From the NCBI GenBank assembly GCA_963727255.1, contig CAVSFC010000002.1:416001-480000 (forward strand): a DNA stretch of 64,000 nt. The letters are read 5' to 3'. The translations under genes and the position numbers were made by a program. This document shows positions 53,225-63,082 of the stretch, piece by piece (within the stretch, counting starts at the first letter, position 1; every line of letters starts with the position of its first letter). The stretch is from an uncultured bacterium (lineage in GTDB: Bacteria; Babelota; Babeliae; Babelales; Vermiphilaceae). The notes under the pieces are model-generated. The model was not told where the DNA came from and ran no database searches. It was given only the letters and a program-made list of their open reading frames with translations.

Positions 53225-55024
53225 ATGAATAATGCAGATCGTTCACATATTCGCAATATTGCTATTATAGCCCACGTTGACCATGGTAAAACTACCCTGG
53301 TGGACCAATTGCTTAAGCAATCAGGAACCATTAAAGCTGAGTCAGCTGAGCGTGTAATGGATTCAAATGATCTTGAGCGTGAACGTGGTATTACCATTTT
53401 GGCTAAAAATACCGGTGTGGTATATAAAGATTATGCAATTAATATTGTTGATACTCCCGGCCATAGTGATTTTGGCGGTGAAGTTGAACGTACTCTGCAG
53501 ATGGTTGAAGGATTTTTATTATTAGTTGATGCTGCTGAAGGGGTTTTGCCCGGTACGCGATTTGTGTTGCAAAAAGCTCTCCAATTAGATTTAAAGCCGA
53601 TTGTTTTAATCAATAAAATTGATCGTAAAGATGCGGATATTGAAAAAACTGAAACTGCAATTCAAGATTTATTCTTGGATTTAGCAGCAAATGAAAATCA
53701 GTTTGTCTTCCCCCATTTATATGGGTCAGGAAGATCAGGATATGTTTCTACTGATCAAAATGCGCGTTCAGGCGACATGACGCCTCTTTTTGAAGCGATT
53801 ATTAAGCATGTTCCTGCACCACAAGCAAAAGCTGATAATTTACAATTTTTAGTCACCAATCTTGATCACTCAGATTTTTTAGGGCCGATTGCGATTGGCC
53901 GAATCTTTAGTGGTTCCATGAAAGTTGGCCAGCAAGTAATTTGCTGCAAAGATGATAAGGTGAGCGCTCCAATCCGTATTACCAAAATTTATAGATTCGT
54001 TGGCCTTAATCGAGTTGAAACAACCGATGTGGGCGTTGGTGATATTGTTGCCGTTACCGGTTTTGATGAGCCAGTTTCCATTGGAACCACCATCTGTGAT
54101 GTTGGTGATCCATTGCCGCATCCGTATGTTAAGGTTGATGAGCCAACCGTTTCGATTTATTTCTCAGTGAATGATTCTCCCTTTAGCGGAAGAGATGGCA
54201 CGTTCTTAACATCGCGCCATTTAAAGGATCGTTTAGAAAAAGAATTACGCACTAATGTTGCATTGCGCGTTGAGCCGACCAATACTCCCGAATCATTCAA
54301 AGTATCAGGCCGGGGCCAATTGCATTTAGGCGTACTCGTTGAAAATATGCGCCGTGAAGGATTTGAATTACAACTTTCTGCACCGGAAGTTATTTATAAA
54401 ACAATCAATGGTGTAAAAAATGAACCGATTGAGTATGTGCTTCTTGATATTCCGCAAGAAAATCAAGGTGTGGTTATGGAAAACATGGGTCGCAGAAAAG
54501 CGCAGATGATCGGCATGCATCTGTATGATGATGGCCGTATGCGTCTTGAATATCATGTCCCATCGCGTGCATTGCTTGGATTTAGAAGCCAATTCTTAAC
54601 TGATACACGCGGTAATGGAATCGTGAACTTTAGTTTCCATGGCTATGAACCGTATAAAGGTGATATACAAACTCGTAATAAAGGTGCGATTGTTTCTATG
54701 GAAAAAGGTGTGGCTACAGGTTTTGCGTTGAATAACTTGCAAGAACGTGGCACGCTCTTTATTAAACCCGGCGATGAGATTTATGAAGGTATGATCATTG
54801 GTGAATCAAGCCGTGATGATGATATGGATGTGAATCCATCAAAAGAAAAGAAACTTACCAATATGCGCGCTTCAGGTTCTGATGATGCGATTAAGCTTGC
54901 GCCAAACAAGATAATGGATCTTGAAATGTGCATGGAATGGATTCGCCCGGATGAGCTTATTGAGGTAACTCCGCAGCATATTCGTTTGCGCAAGAAAATT
55001 TTACGAGCTGCATTGAGAAAATAA
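53225..55024 (+). CDS. typA: Translational GTPase TypA/BipA
   Basis: IAHVDHGKTTLVD, MDSNDLERERGITILAKN, GRGQLHL..ENMRREG, KKLTNMRASGSD. Confidence 0.98.
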   Translation: MNNADRSHIRNIAIIAHVDHGKTTLVDQLLKQSGTIKAESAERVMDSNDLERERGITILAKNTGVVYKDYAINIVDTPGHSDFGGEVERTLQMVEGFLLLVDAAEGVLPGTRFVLQKALQLDLKPIVLINKIDRKDADIEKTETAIQDLFLDLAANENQFVFPHLYGSGRSGYVSTDQNARSGDMTPLFEAIIKHVPAPQAKADNLQFLVTNLDHSDFLGPIAIGRIFSGSMKVGQQVICCKDDKVSAPIRITKIYRFVGLNRVETTDVGVGDIVAVTGFDEPVSIGTTICDVGDPLPHPYVKVDEPTVSIYFSVNDSPFSGRDGTFLTSRHLKDRLEKELRTNVALRVEPTNTPESFKVSGRGQLHLGVLVENMRREGFELQLSAPEVIYKTINGVKNEPIEYVLLDIPQENQGVVMENMGRRKAQMIGMHLYDDGRMRLEYHVPSRALLGFRSQFLTDTRGNGIVNFSFHGYEPYKGDIQTRNKGAIVSMEKGVATGFALNNLQERGTLFIKPGDEIYEGMIIGESSRDDDMDVNPSKEKKLTNMRASGSDDAIKLAPNKIMDLEMCMEWIRPDELIEVTPQHIRLRKKILRAALRK

Positions 55025-55056
55025 GCATTGCCAAATTCGGTATTCTCAAAAATTGG

Positions 55057-55093
55057 TAAACCCATTATTCTTAGATAGTGGGTTTATTTTTTT
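55057..55093 (+). terminator. Rho-independent terminator after typA
   Basis: TAAACCCATTAT..ATAGTGGGTTTA followed by a T-run. Confidence 0.7.
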
Positions 55094-55108
55094 ATATACA
55101 GGATAATT

Positions 55109-55408
55109 ATGCGATTACTAAAACGATCAGTAACAAGTATTTGTTTGGCATTATTGTTTTCAGGATCGATACAGCTGAATGCTGGATATCCTCTTCATCA
55201 CATTGATAAAGAATTTGCTAAAAATGCTTCAAAAATAGAACTTGTGAATGCGTATATCATTAAATGTGATGAAAATTATCATCTTGCAGAGGCGCTTGAA
55301 AATGCCCGTGAATGCAAAACTAACTGGAAAGATATAAAAAAAGGTTTGGGTGTTGGGTTAGTTATAGGGTTAAGCGTATCAGCAATTTGTTACATTATCA
55401 CTCGATAA
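55109..55408 (+). CDS. Small secreted/membrane hypothetical protein
   Basis: Signal peptide and C-terminal TM segment. Confidence 0.65.
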   Translation: MRLLKRSVTSICLALLFSGSIQLNAGYPLHHIDKEFAKNASKIELVNAYIIKCDENYHLAEALENARECKTNWKDIKKGLGVGLVIGLSVSAICYIITR

Positions 55409-55440
55409 AAAATAATAACATTTCTAGAAAGGATATTACT

Positions 55441-55758
55441 ATGAAACATTCAGTTTTAACACTTGGCATGGTTTTTTGTGTATCAGGGGCATTTGCTCAT
55501 AATCATCACCATCTTTGCCGTGAAGAGTTGCTCAAAGTAATTGAAGCCCAAGAAAGTGTGCTTGAACAAAAGGCTAAGGCTCTAGAAGAAAAAAATAAGA
55601 GAATTGAAACGCAAAATAAGGTGATTGAGCTTCAAAAACAAAGCATAGTATGCCTTGAGGCTGAGTTTGAACATATTAAGCACAAATTAGATAAAGAGCA
55701 TCGCCATCATTCATTAAAAAAAGCGATTCACGATTTATTAATATCTTTAGGATTATAA
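55441..55758 (+). CDS. Secreted His-rich coiled-coil protein
   Basis: AAGGA RBS; AFA-HNHHH; heptad-rich middle; HRHH. Confidence 0.7.
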   Translation: MKHSVLTLGMVFCVSGAFAHNHHHLCREELLKVIEAQESVLEQKAKALEEKNKRIETQNKVIELQKQSIVCLEAEFEHIKHKLDKEHRHHSLKKAIHDLLISLGL

Positions 55759-55766
55759 TACATATT

Positions 55767-56000
55767 ATGAAGCGAGCCATTTTCTTAACAATCATTGTGA
55801 TGAGTTTTAGTAATGTATTTGCGATGGCTGAAAAGAAACAAGAGCCATCGGTGCAAGAGTTAAAGCAAATAATTGAAAATCAACAGCGAACTATAGCCGA
55901 AAAAGACAAGCAGATTGAAGCTTTGCATGCGGAATTATGGCAATCGCAGGCTGGTGAAATTGAAAGATTTGTCCTTTATTCTCGCTCTGGAGGAGAATGA
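55767..56000 (+). CDS. Small secreted coiled-coil protein
   Basis: Signal peptide ending VFA-MAEK; LKQIIENQQRTIAEKDKQIEAL. Confidence 0.7.
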   Translation: MKRAIFLTIIVMSFSNVFAMAEKKQEPSVQELKQIIENQQRTIAEKDKQIEALHAELWQSQAGEIERFVLYSRSGGE

Positions 56001-56740
56001 AAAAATACAAAATAATAGTCGCCTATGATGGCACAGATTTTTATGGGTGGCAGGTGCAAGCCGGCCATCCAACCATCGCAGGGGTTTTGCAGGATAGATT
56101 TAAAGATGTCTTTGGCAAAGAAATAGTAATTGCAGGCGCTTCGCGCACCGATGCTGGAGTGCATGCGCTGGGGCAGACTGCCGCATTTACCGTTGATCTC
56201 AATATTACTGCCCAAGATTTGCTGCATGCATGGCAAAATATACTGCCTGAATCAATTGTATTGCGCAGTATTGATGAAGTTCCCCTTGATTGGAATCCCC
56301 GGCATAACGTAAAACAAAAAACATACTATTATCATTTTTTTCAAGAGCGGCCACTGCCAATGGGTTCCCGCTACGGGTATTATTACCGCTATCCGGTAAA
56401 TCTAGAAAAATTAAAACAATCACTTTCAGTCTTCGTCGGGACTCATGATTTTAGATCATTTTGTACCGGCGATGAATATGAAAATACCGTTCGCACGATA
56501 GATGAGGTTGGAGTTGAATATTTGCCCCACTTCAAAACGTATCGGATTATTATTAAGGGGCCAGGTTTTTTGCGCTATATGATACGCAGAATTGTTGGCG
56601 CTTGCTTAGAAATTGCCTCGCGTGATAGCCTTACGCTGAACGATTTGCAAAAAGCATTAGAGGAAAAAAATCCCTTACAATTATTGCCGACAGCGCCCGC
56701 CAAGGGATTGATGCTTTGGAATATTGAATACCAAGAATAA
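55997..56740 (+). CDS. truA: tRNA pseudouridine(38-40) synthase TruA
   Basis: AYDGTDFYGWQ, ASRTDAGVHALGQ, GTHDFRSF, GFLRYMIRRIVG, TAPAKGL. Confidence 0.97.
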   Translation: MKKYKIIVAYDGTDFYGWQVQAGHPTIAGVLQDRFKDVFGKEIVIAGASRTDAGVHALGQTAAFTVDLNITAQDLLHAWQNILPESIVLRSIDEVPLDWNPRHNVKQKTYYYHFFQERPLPMGSRYGYYYRYPVNLEKLKQSLSVFVGTHDFRSFCTGDEYENTVRTIDEVGVEYLPHFKTYRIIIKGPGFLRYMIRRIVGACLEIASRDSLTLNDLQKALEEKNPLQLLPTAPAKGLMLWNIEYQE

Positions 56741-56756
56741 GATCAAAAGGAAAACG

Positions 56757-57413
56757 ATGAAAAGATTAGGTTTGATTTTATCATTGTTAGCTTCTACTTG
56801 CATGTATCCGATGGATAAGTATTCAGATCGGCAATGTAATTCCATCATTTTAGATTATGATGATACTCGTCATAAAGATGATTTAAAAAAACTTATTGAA
56901 GAAAATAAATCGCTTTTATTTGCCCGGCCAGATTATTGCATAGATACGATGCTCAAATTGAAAACAGTTACTCCGCATATTGAAGAAAGCCGTGGAAAAT
57001 TGAAAATCAAAGTAATATATGAAGATTGCGTTGATAACCGTAGTAAATGTGATCTAGAAGCGTTTATCGCATACTCATTTGCCGATCAAAGCATCGTTGA
57101 TGGGCATTTATTGGCAGTTAAACAAGCGTGCAGAAGAAAAGGGTATGCCAAACGTCTTATTTGGGCAGCTATTGATGACGGATTATTGCATAATGCAAGC
57201 AGATGGCGCGCATCAACGCGAAAAATGAACACCGGAGCTCCTGAATTATATGCTTGGATTGGAGCATGGTATAAGAAAAATTATCCAAGCATGATTTTTA
57301 AAAGCGAGGAAACGAAAGTTCCTCTGAGCCATGATCCTCTAGCAACTATTGATATTATCCGCTATGAACTTATACTTCCAACGCAAGAAAACAAACAAGA
57401 GGATCCTAAATGA
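56757..57413 (+). CDS. Secreted GNAT acetyltransferase
   Basis: Signal peptide ending YP-MDK; LAVKQACRRKGYAKRL; paralogous to the next gene. Confidence 0.8.
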   Translation: MKRLGLILSLLASTCMYPMDKYSDRQCNSIILDYDDTRHKDDLKKLIEENKSLLFARPDYCIDTMLKLKTVTPHIEESRGKLKIKVIYEDCVDNRSKCDLEAFIAYSFADQSIVDGHLLAVKQACRRKGYAKRLIWAAIDDGLLHNASRWRASTRKMNTGAPELYAWIGAWYKKNYPSMIFKSEETKVPLSHDPLATIDIIRYELILPTQENKQEDPK

Positions 57414-57970
57414 CCAAAAAATTGATAAAAATAGCTGCAATCCTAATTGCGCTTTCTTTTGCAGCAACAGCACTCTATTATTATTTTCCGCAACCGCAAG
57501 AATCGCCGCAAACTGAGCTCATTCAAGATTTTAATGAGGCGCGTGATACTCAAGATATTTTGGATATTTTCAAAGAAGATCGCTATTGGCTTCTTTCAAG
57601 CCCAAATTATTCGCCTGAGCATATGCTTTCAACCAGATCCCCTAATAAAGATGATGCGCGTTACTTTGGCAAGTTACATATAAAAGTTGTGCGTGAAGCA
57701 GATAAATTTGTGGGCTTTGTTGCCTATTATATGAAAAACTTTTTTATTGGCACGGTGCTTTTCTTGGATGTGAAGCCTGAATTTCGCGGCAAAGGCTATG
57801 CGCAAAAACTTATGCGCTATGCCATTGATGAACTCAAAAAACAGGGCGCAAGTATTATCACCTTAGTAACCCGATCTGAAAATTATTCTGCGCAAGCCGT
57901 TTATAAGAAAACGGGTTTTGTTAAAACACTTGAAGAAGATGGTTTTGTCTATTTTGATCTGAGAGTATAG
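57410..57970 (+). CDS. GNAT acetyltransferase with N-terminal signal anchor
   Basis: LDVKPEFRGKGYAQKL, NYSAQAVYKKTGF. Confidence 0.9.
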   Translation: MTKKLIKIAAILIALSFAATALYYYFPQPQESPQTELIQDFNEARDTQDILDIFKEDRYWLLSSPNYSPEHMLSTRSPNKDDARYFGKLHIKVVREADKFVGFVAYYMKNFFIGTVLFLDVKPEFRGKGYAQKLMRYAIDELKKQGASIITLVTRSENYSAQAVYKKTGFVKTLEEDGFVYFDLRV

Positions 57971-57995
57971 GTCTCTTTAAAATCAAGGAGTTCTG

Positions 57996-58559
57996 ATGAA
58001 ATTGGTATGGTGTTTGTTGTTAATGGGCGCATCACTTTCTGCAATGCAATGGTCTAAAGATAAACAGCAAACAGCTGAAAAAATAAATACGTATGATGCA
58101 GTATCGCCGGCAATTAAGGCACTAATACAAAAAGTGAACACCCGTCTTGATATTGCAGAAGGTAAAGGAGAAGTGAGTCAGATAAATTCGTATGGTGAGG
58201 CTTGTGAACGCATCAAATTTCATGGACCGTTTAACCAAAAAGGCTGCGCAACAAAATCTGGATTATTGCTTCTTATTGCTAAAAAAGAAAAGCCATGCCC
58301 ATTTTTTACGCTGCTAACGCCCAAGGGCATGGTCCATCTTGGAGGCTATGAAGGGAATGAAGGAGAAATGAACAAAACCAATTATGAGAATCTTATTGCC
58401 GACATCCTTAAAGATCTCGAAGTAGTGCCAAATAACGCGGTAAAAGACAAATCACTCGTATGGAAAGATCAAGAGGTATACACGGTGAATGCAGTCGCTG
58501 GAATTAAAGTTCCTGCATTAGATTTCGATAAAGTCACAGAAAATGCATTCCATGAATGA
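57996..58559 (+). CDS. Secreted hypothetical protein
   Basis: AGGAG RBS; signal peptide ending LSA-MQW. Confidence 0.75.
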   Translation: MKLVWCLLLMGASLSAMQWSKDKQQTAEKINTYDAVSPAIKALIQKVNTRLDIAEGKGEVSQINSYGEACERIKFHGPFNQKGCATKSGLLLLIAKKEKPCPFFTLLTPKGMVHLGGYEGNEGEMNKTNYENLIADILKDLEVVPNNAVKDKSLVWKDQEVYTVNAVAGIKVPALDFDKVTENAFHE

Positions 58560-60212
58560 TCATGGATTTTGCCGTTCATAAAAGAATACAACTGGAGTAA
58601 ATGGGCCAGTATTTCCTTCCCGTGCGATTTTTTGAATCTCTGCAGCACTCACTTCGGTTATAGTACTATCATCACATCTAAACCATTTATCATTGGTGCG
58701 GACGTAGGCAATATAGTGGCCGCCATCAAGGGCACCAGACTGAGCGATAAATGCTTTGCATCGATAGGGTGGCAAAGCTTTATCACTGGTTAACTCTGAG
58801 ATATTAAAATCATTTAATAGAAATGAGATTGGTTGTTCAATTTTATATGTTCCTTTTTTCGGATCTTGCCCAGTTCGATTAAGCGCTACAATAAAATAGG
58901 TGCTTGCATCAACCAAGGCAGTGTGTTTTGTTTGGTTCGGGTTTGCTGGATTTTGCTCATAAGTAAAATAGTTGTGTAGACAATTGAGGAGCGTTTTATC
59001 ATTGCTCTCAATTCTCATTGCAGGAAGAATGATATCATTACTTTCTTTTGTGCTCAATACTTTGTGATCGGCATCATAAATTGATTCGGAAACTTTTGTT
59101 TGTAATAATGCAATAAGCTCTTCGTTCTTTCCCTTTGGATTTCGTGTTTTATCAACATCGCCTTCTGATAACCGTGCTAACAGCACTCCAAGAAATTCAT
59201 GGGCATCTTGCTGAGTTTTTGCGGGCACTCTAAGTTGCTCCCATCCCTTTAAGCAGAATGCCGTGGGAGTAATTACTGAAGTTTTCTCAGTTTGCATAGC
59301 CTGAAGAAGCTGAATATAATTGGCCGAAAGGCTACCAGCCTTGTAAAAACCATTATTAGCACCCTTAAGGAGCACTGCATTTAATTTATCGAGTGATGCT
59401 AACGATTGAATAGCGGAATTCATAAAACATGATGCTCCGATATTGCTCAGGCCATGTGGTTTTCCCGCAACATGCGGTTGGGATCCCTGAATTTCTGATT
59501 TAAGCATAGTAATAAAATCATCAAAGTAGATTGAAAGAAGGTCTGCTCCTTTAATATCCCCAAAATCCTCAGGTTTATACATCATATCTTTTAAAGCACT
59601 GTTTTTAATTTTTTCTAATCCTTGTAAAGCTTCATTGAGTTTTGATTGGTTAAGCAAGTTTTGTATGATATCCAATGTCTGTCTTAGTTTCGGAATGCCT
59701 TCGCCTGCTTTTGGGAAATTTTCCAGAATTTCTGCAAATTGTGCACTTAATTTTTTTGCGGCAGGTTTTTCTTCTGGCTTAGAAGGCGGCGTAGGAGGAG
59801 CCGGCTTTTTTTGAGGGGTTCCGTTAATTTTTTCTTCAAGCTTGTGCATAAAATCGGTAAAGTAAAATTCAGGAATCTGCTGGCCCTTTATATCACCGAA
59901 TTCGCTCGGAAATTTTACATCTTTGAGGCTACCCGTTGTGAATGCATTTAAATGGTTCATTGCCCCCTGATAATTTGATTGGGAAAGAAGGGTTCGAATA
60001 ACAGTAACTCTGGCGTTTAATTGATTTAATTGATTAATGGTAGTAGCAGATTTTGGCAATCGAGCAGCAATTGCATTAAATTCTTGGATTAATTCCGGAT
60101 CTTGAGCTTTTTGAGCCAAACTGCTGGGAGGAATCATGGCTATGACCATGGTTGCTATGAATATACCGGAAACTATCAAGCAAAGACGAGATACCAGTGA
60201 TCTTATTTTCAT
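58560..60212 (-). CDS. Secreted ubiquitin-specific protease (peptidase C19/USP) with duplicated N-terminal domain
   Basis: Cys box GLSNIGASCFMNSAIQSL, QQDAHEFL, His box GGHYIAYV..WFRCDDSTI, VVFFYER. Confidence 0.92.
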   Translation of the reverse strand: MKIRSLVSRLCLIVSGIFIATMVIAMIPPSSLAQKAQDPELIQEFNAIAARLPKSATTINQLNQLNARVTVIRTLLSQSNYQGAMNHLNAFTTGSLKDVKFPSEFGDIKGQQIPEFYFTDFMHKLEEKINGTPQKKPAPPTPPSKPEEKPAAKKLSAQFAEILENFPKAGEGIPKLRQTLDIIQNLLNQSKLNEALQGLEKIKNSALKDMMYKPEDFGDIKGADLLSIYFDDFITMLKSEIQGSQPHVAGKPHGLSNIGASCFMNSAIQSLASLDKLNAVLLKGANNGFYKAGSLSANYIQLLQAMQTEKTSVITPTAFCLKGWEQLRVPAKTQQDAHEFLGVLLARLSEGDVDKTRNPKGKNEELIALLQTKVSESIYDADHKVLSTKESNDIILPAMRIESNDKTLLNCLHNYFTYEQNPANPNQTKHTALVDASTYFIVALNRTGQDPKKGTYKIEQPISFLLNDFNISELTSDKALPPYRCKAFIAQSGALDGGHYIAYVRTNDKWFRCDDSTITEVSAAEIQKIAREGNTGPFTPVVFFYERQNP

Positions 60213-60295
60213 TGAAGATCCCCCTTTATTATTTAAATACTAAAATAATTATGTCAGAAATATAAGGCCTTTTAAGTTTAAAAAACAATAGTTTG

Positions 60296-61783
60296 TCATA
60301 TTTGTTTTAAAATGAACGGAGCGACGTCCGCAAGTCCATGTAGCCGCAAATCAATTTTTTTGTCTCTCAAATCATTTTTGATGCAAATAAAAGGAACTTT
60401 ATTGGTAGTATGAGCGGTATTGGGTTGCCCTGTCTTTTCATCGAATTTTAATTCAGCGTTGCCATGATCTGCGGTTATGATAAGTGTGCCATTCATTTTT
60501 TTTACAATTTGTTCATAAAGCTGTGCAATTTGATGATCAAGACATTCAACGGCTTTTATTGTTGCTTGTAGATTTCCCGTATGGCCTACCATATCAGCAT
60601 TCGCATAATTGATTAGATAAAAATCGCAGGGATTAGTTTGCAACGAGTTAAGTACTGCATCAGTAATTTTTTGTGCTGACATTGCAGGATGATCCGCAAA
60701 ATTTTTTAAGGGTAATGAAGGAATTAGTATTTGCGTTTCTCCAGGAAATGGGTTTTCATGACCCCCGCCAAAAAAGTAGGTAACATGCGCGTATTTTTCA
60801 GTTTCAGCAACCGAAAATATTGTTTTACCTTCTTTGCTCAAAATTTCTTTGAGCGTATCTGGTATCGGTTGAGTTTTAAGTAAAACCGGATTTTTAAAGC
60901 GAGAATCATAACGAACGGCACTGATAAAGAATAGTAAGGGGAAAGGTTCTTTTATGGCAAGAGGAGTTAATTGAGGTGCCACAAAACATGCCGTTAATTC
61001 ACGTGCTCTATCTTCCCTAAAATTTGCAAATAGTACTCCATCGTTTGGTTGTATTCGGGTATTTGCTCGCAAGATTGTGGGTGGAATATATTCATCGGTG
61101 ATACCGTTGCCATAGTAATAAGAAAGTGCTTCTTGCCAGGATGAAAATTCTGGCATACTGTCGGTTACAAGATTTTCATAAGCTTTTTGAGTGCGATCCC
61201 AATGATTATCACGATCGGTTGCATAATACCTGCCCGTAATAGATCCCAAGGTAACATTTTGAAATTGTTTATAATACCGTTCAAGGTCTTGCAAATAAGT
61301 TGCTGCAGTTTTGGGCGGCACATCGCGGCCATCTAAAAAGGCATGGATTATAATATTTTTTACCTTATGTTGCATGCCGGCCAAAATGAGCGCTTCAATG
61401 ATTTTTGTATGGCATTGAACCCCTGCATCGGAAAGAATGCCTAAAATATGTAACCGTTTTTGCGTTTGTGCAAGTTCATTAAGCGCGGCAACTAGGGTGG
61501 GATCGGTAAAGAATGAACCATCTTCGATTGAGGTATATAAGCGCAAAAAAGATGATGGTATAATCCGTCCAGCTCCCAGGGTTTGATGCCCTACCTCCGA
61601 ATTGCCGATATATCCATCAGGAAGTCCGGCGGCCTTCCCAGATGCTTGCAGCAAAGTATGTGGATAATGGGCCATAAGAAAATCGAGTGTTGGCTTTTTA
61701 GCCCGAGCAATTGCATTATAGGCTGTTTCTGGGCTATAGCCGTAGCCATCAAGAATTATAAGGGCTAAGGGATTTGGTTTCAT
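60296..61783 (-). CDS. gpmI: 2,3-bisphosphoglycerate-independent phosphoglycerate mutase
   Basis: LIILDGYG, GNSEVGH, AETEKYAHVTYFF, NYANADMVGHTG, TADHGNAE. Confidence 0.97.
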   Translation of the reverse strand: MKPNPLALIILDGYGYSPETAYNAIARAKKPTLDFLMAHYPHTLLQASGKAAGLPDGYIGNSEVGHQTLGAGRIIPSSFLRLYTSIEDGSFFTDPTLVAALNELAQTQKRLHILGILSDAGVQCHTKIIEALILAGMQHKVKNIIIHAFLDGRDVPPKTAATYLQDLERYYKQFQNVTLGSITGRYYATDRDNHWDRTQKAYENLVTDSMPEFSSWQEALSYYYGNGITDEYIPPTILRANTRIQPNDGVLFANFREDRARELTACFVAPQLTPLAIKEPFPLLFFISAVRYDSRFKNPVLLKTQPIPDTLKEILSKEGKTIFSVAETEKYAHVTYFFGGGHENPFPGETQILIPSLPLKNFADHPAMSAQKITDAVLNSLQTNPCDFYLINYANADMVGHTGNLQATIKAVECLDHQIAQLYEQIVKKMNGTLIITADHGNAELKFDEKTGQPNTAHTTNKVPFICIKNDLRDKKIDLRLHGLADVAPFILKQI

Positions 61784-61899
61784 TGCTGATCCTTCTGATT
61801 TGCCAATATGGGTGATACTTGCTAAGGTTAAAGGTATTCTAATTGTTACCTTACACAGAGCCACTTATTTACGATAGCATGTGTTTATTGAAGAGATGT

Positions 61900-62271
61900 A
61901 TGAAAATAGTTTGTTTAGTACTATCAGTTTTTTTATTGATAAATCCAGCCTACTCATATTGCCAAGAGTATGGGGCTACCCCACCGGTTTCATCAGTTGC
62001 GCAGGATTCACTTGCCCAGATTGAGCTTGATTTTGATAAGGTGCTTAATCTCGATGAGCTTGAGGAAGAGATGGTTAAGATGAATATTATCGATTCTATT
62101 AAACCAATACCACCACATCCAATTATCGTTTGGATTCGTATTATTGGATGCCCGGTGGCCAATGCATATTTTGCAGTAAGAAGAGTTGTGCGCCAGTCAA
62201 TTCATACAATTGCTACATTTCTTAGATTAAAATCCGATGCGAAAGCCTATGAAGAATCACCAGCTGAATGA
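61900..62271 (+). CDS. Hypothetical exported protein
   Basis: Hydrophobic N-terminus; overlaps the rsmE start. Confidence 0.55.
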   Translation: MKIVCLVLSVFLLINPAYSYCQEYGATPPVSSVAQDSLAQIELDFDKVLNLDELEEEMVKMNIIDSIKPIPPHPIIVWIRIIGCPVANAYFAVRRVVRQSIHTIATFLRLKSDAKAYEESPAE

Positions 62272-63013
62272 AAAGCATCTTTTTGCTCTCCATCATACTG
62301 ATTTGATCGAAGAAATTGGAAGCGCCTCAGTTGGCAAAGAAGTAATTATTGCTGATCCGGATCTTGCGCATAGAGTTGTTTCAATTTTACGCCTTTCGGT
62401 TGGCGAATCCTTTATTCTTTTCGATAGAAATATCCACGCGACTGTTAGCCTTTCTGGTTCAGTTAAGAATAAATTAGTTAAAGTAATACTTTCAGAAAAA
62501 AATAAAAACAGCAGAGCGCTGCCAGAAATTATTTTTCTTTTACCTTTGTTGAAAAAAGAAGCGTTAGAAACGGCGCTCTATAGCCTTACTGAGATGGGCA
62601 TCACTACTATTCAGCTGATCGATACGCAAAAAAGCCAGCAAAGGTGGGGACAAAAAGAATTTGAACGGGCTCAAAAGATTATTATTGCTGCAGCAGAGCA
62701 ATCAAAAAATTTTTGCTATCCACAATTGCATGCTCCGCAATCAATTTCATCATCGCTTGATAAGTTGCCGCGAGAATCCAAAAAACTATTTTTTGATCCG
62801 GCAGGTGTTCACATCGCTTTACCATTGGCGGAATTAAAAAATGCAAAGCTTCCTATCATTCTGGCTATTGGCCCAGAAGGTGATTTAACCGCACAAGAAA
62901 AAGAGTTGCTTAAGCAAACAGGATTTACTTTCAGTGCACTCACGCCAACCATTCTGCGTGCTTGCCAGGCCGCAGCCCTTGCAGCAGGCATTCTGAGATC
63001 CTATCTGCGATAA
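62249..63013 (+). CDS. rsmE: 16S rRNA m3U1498 methyltransferase RsmE
   Basis: HRVVSILRL, LTEMGI, AAAEQS, IGPEGDLT, ILRACQA. Confidence 0.92.
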   Translation: MKNHQLNEKHLFALHHTDLIEEIGSASVGKEVIIADPDLAHRVVSILRLSVGESFILFDRNIHATVSLSGSVKNKLVKVILSEKNKNSRALPEIIFLLPLLKKEALETALYSLTEMGITTIQLIDTQKSQQRWGQKEFERAQKIIIAAAEQSKNFCYPQLHAPQSISSSLDKLPRESKKLFFDPAGVHIALPLAELKNAKLPIILAIGPEGDLTAQEKELLKQTGFTFSALTPTILRACQAAALAAGILRSYLR

Positions 63014-63082
63014 TTAAGCTTGCATTACCAGATACTTTTTTGATTATCCTCAAATTACATACTGGTAATTAAAGGGAGTTGT

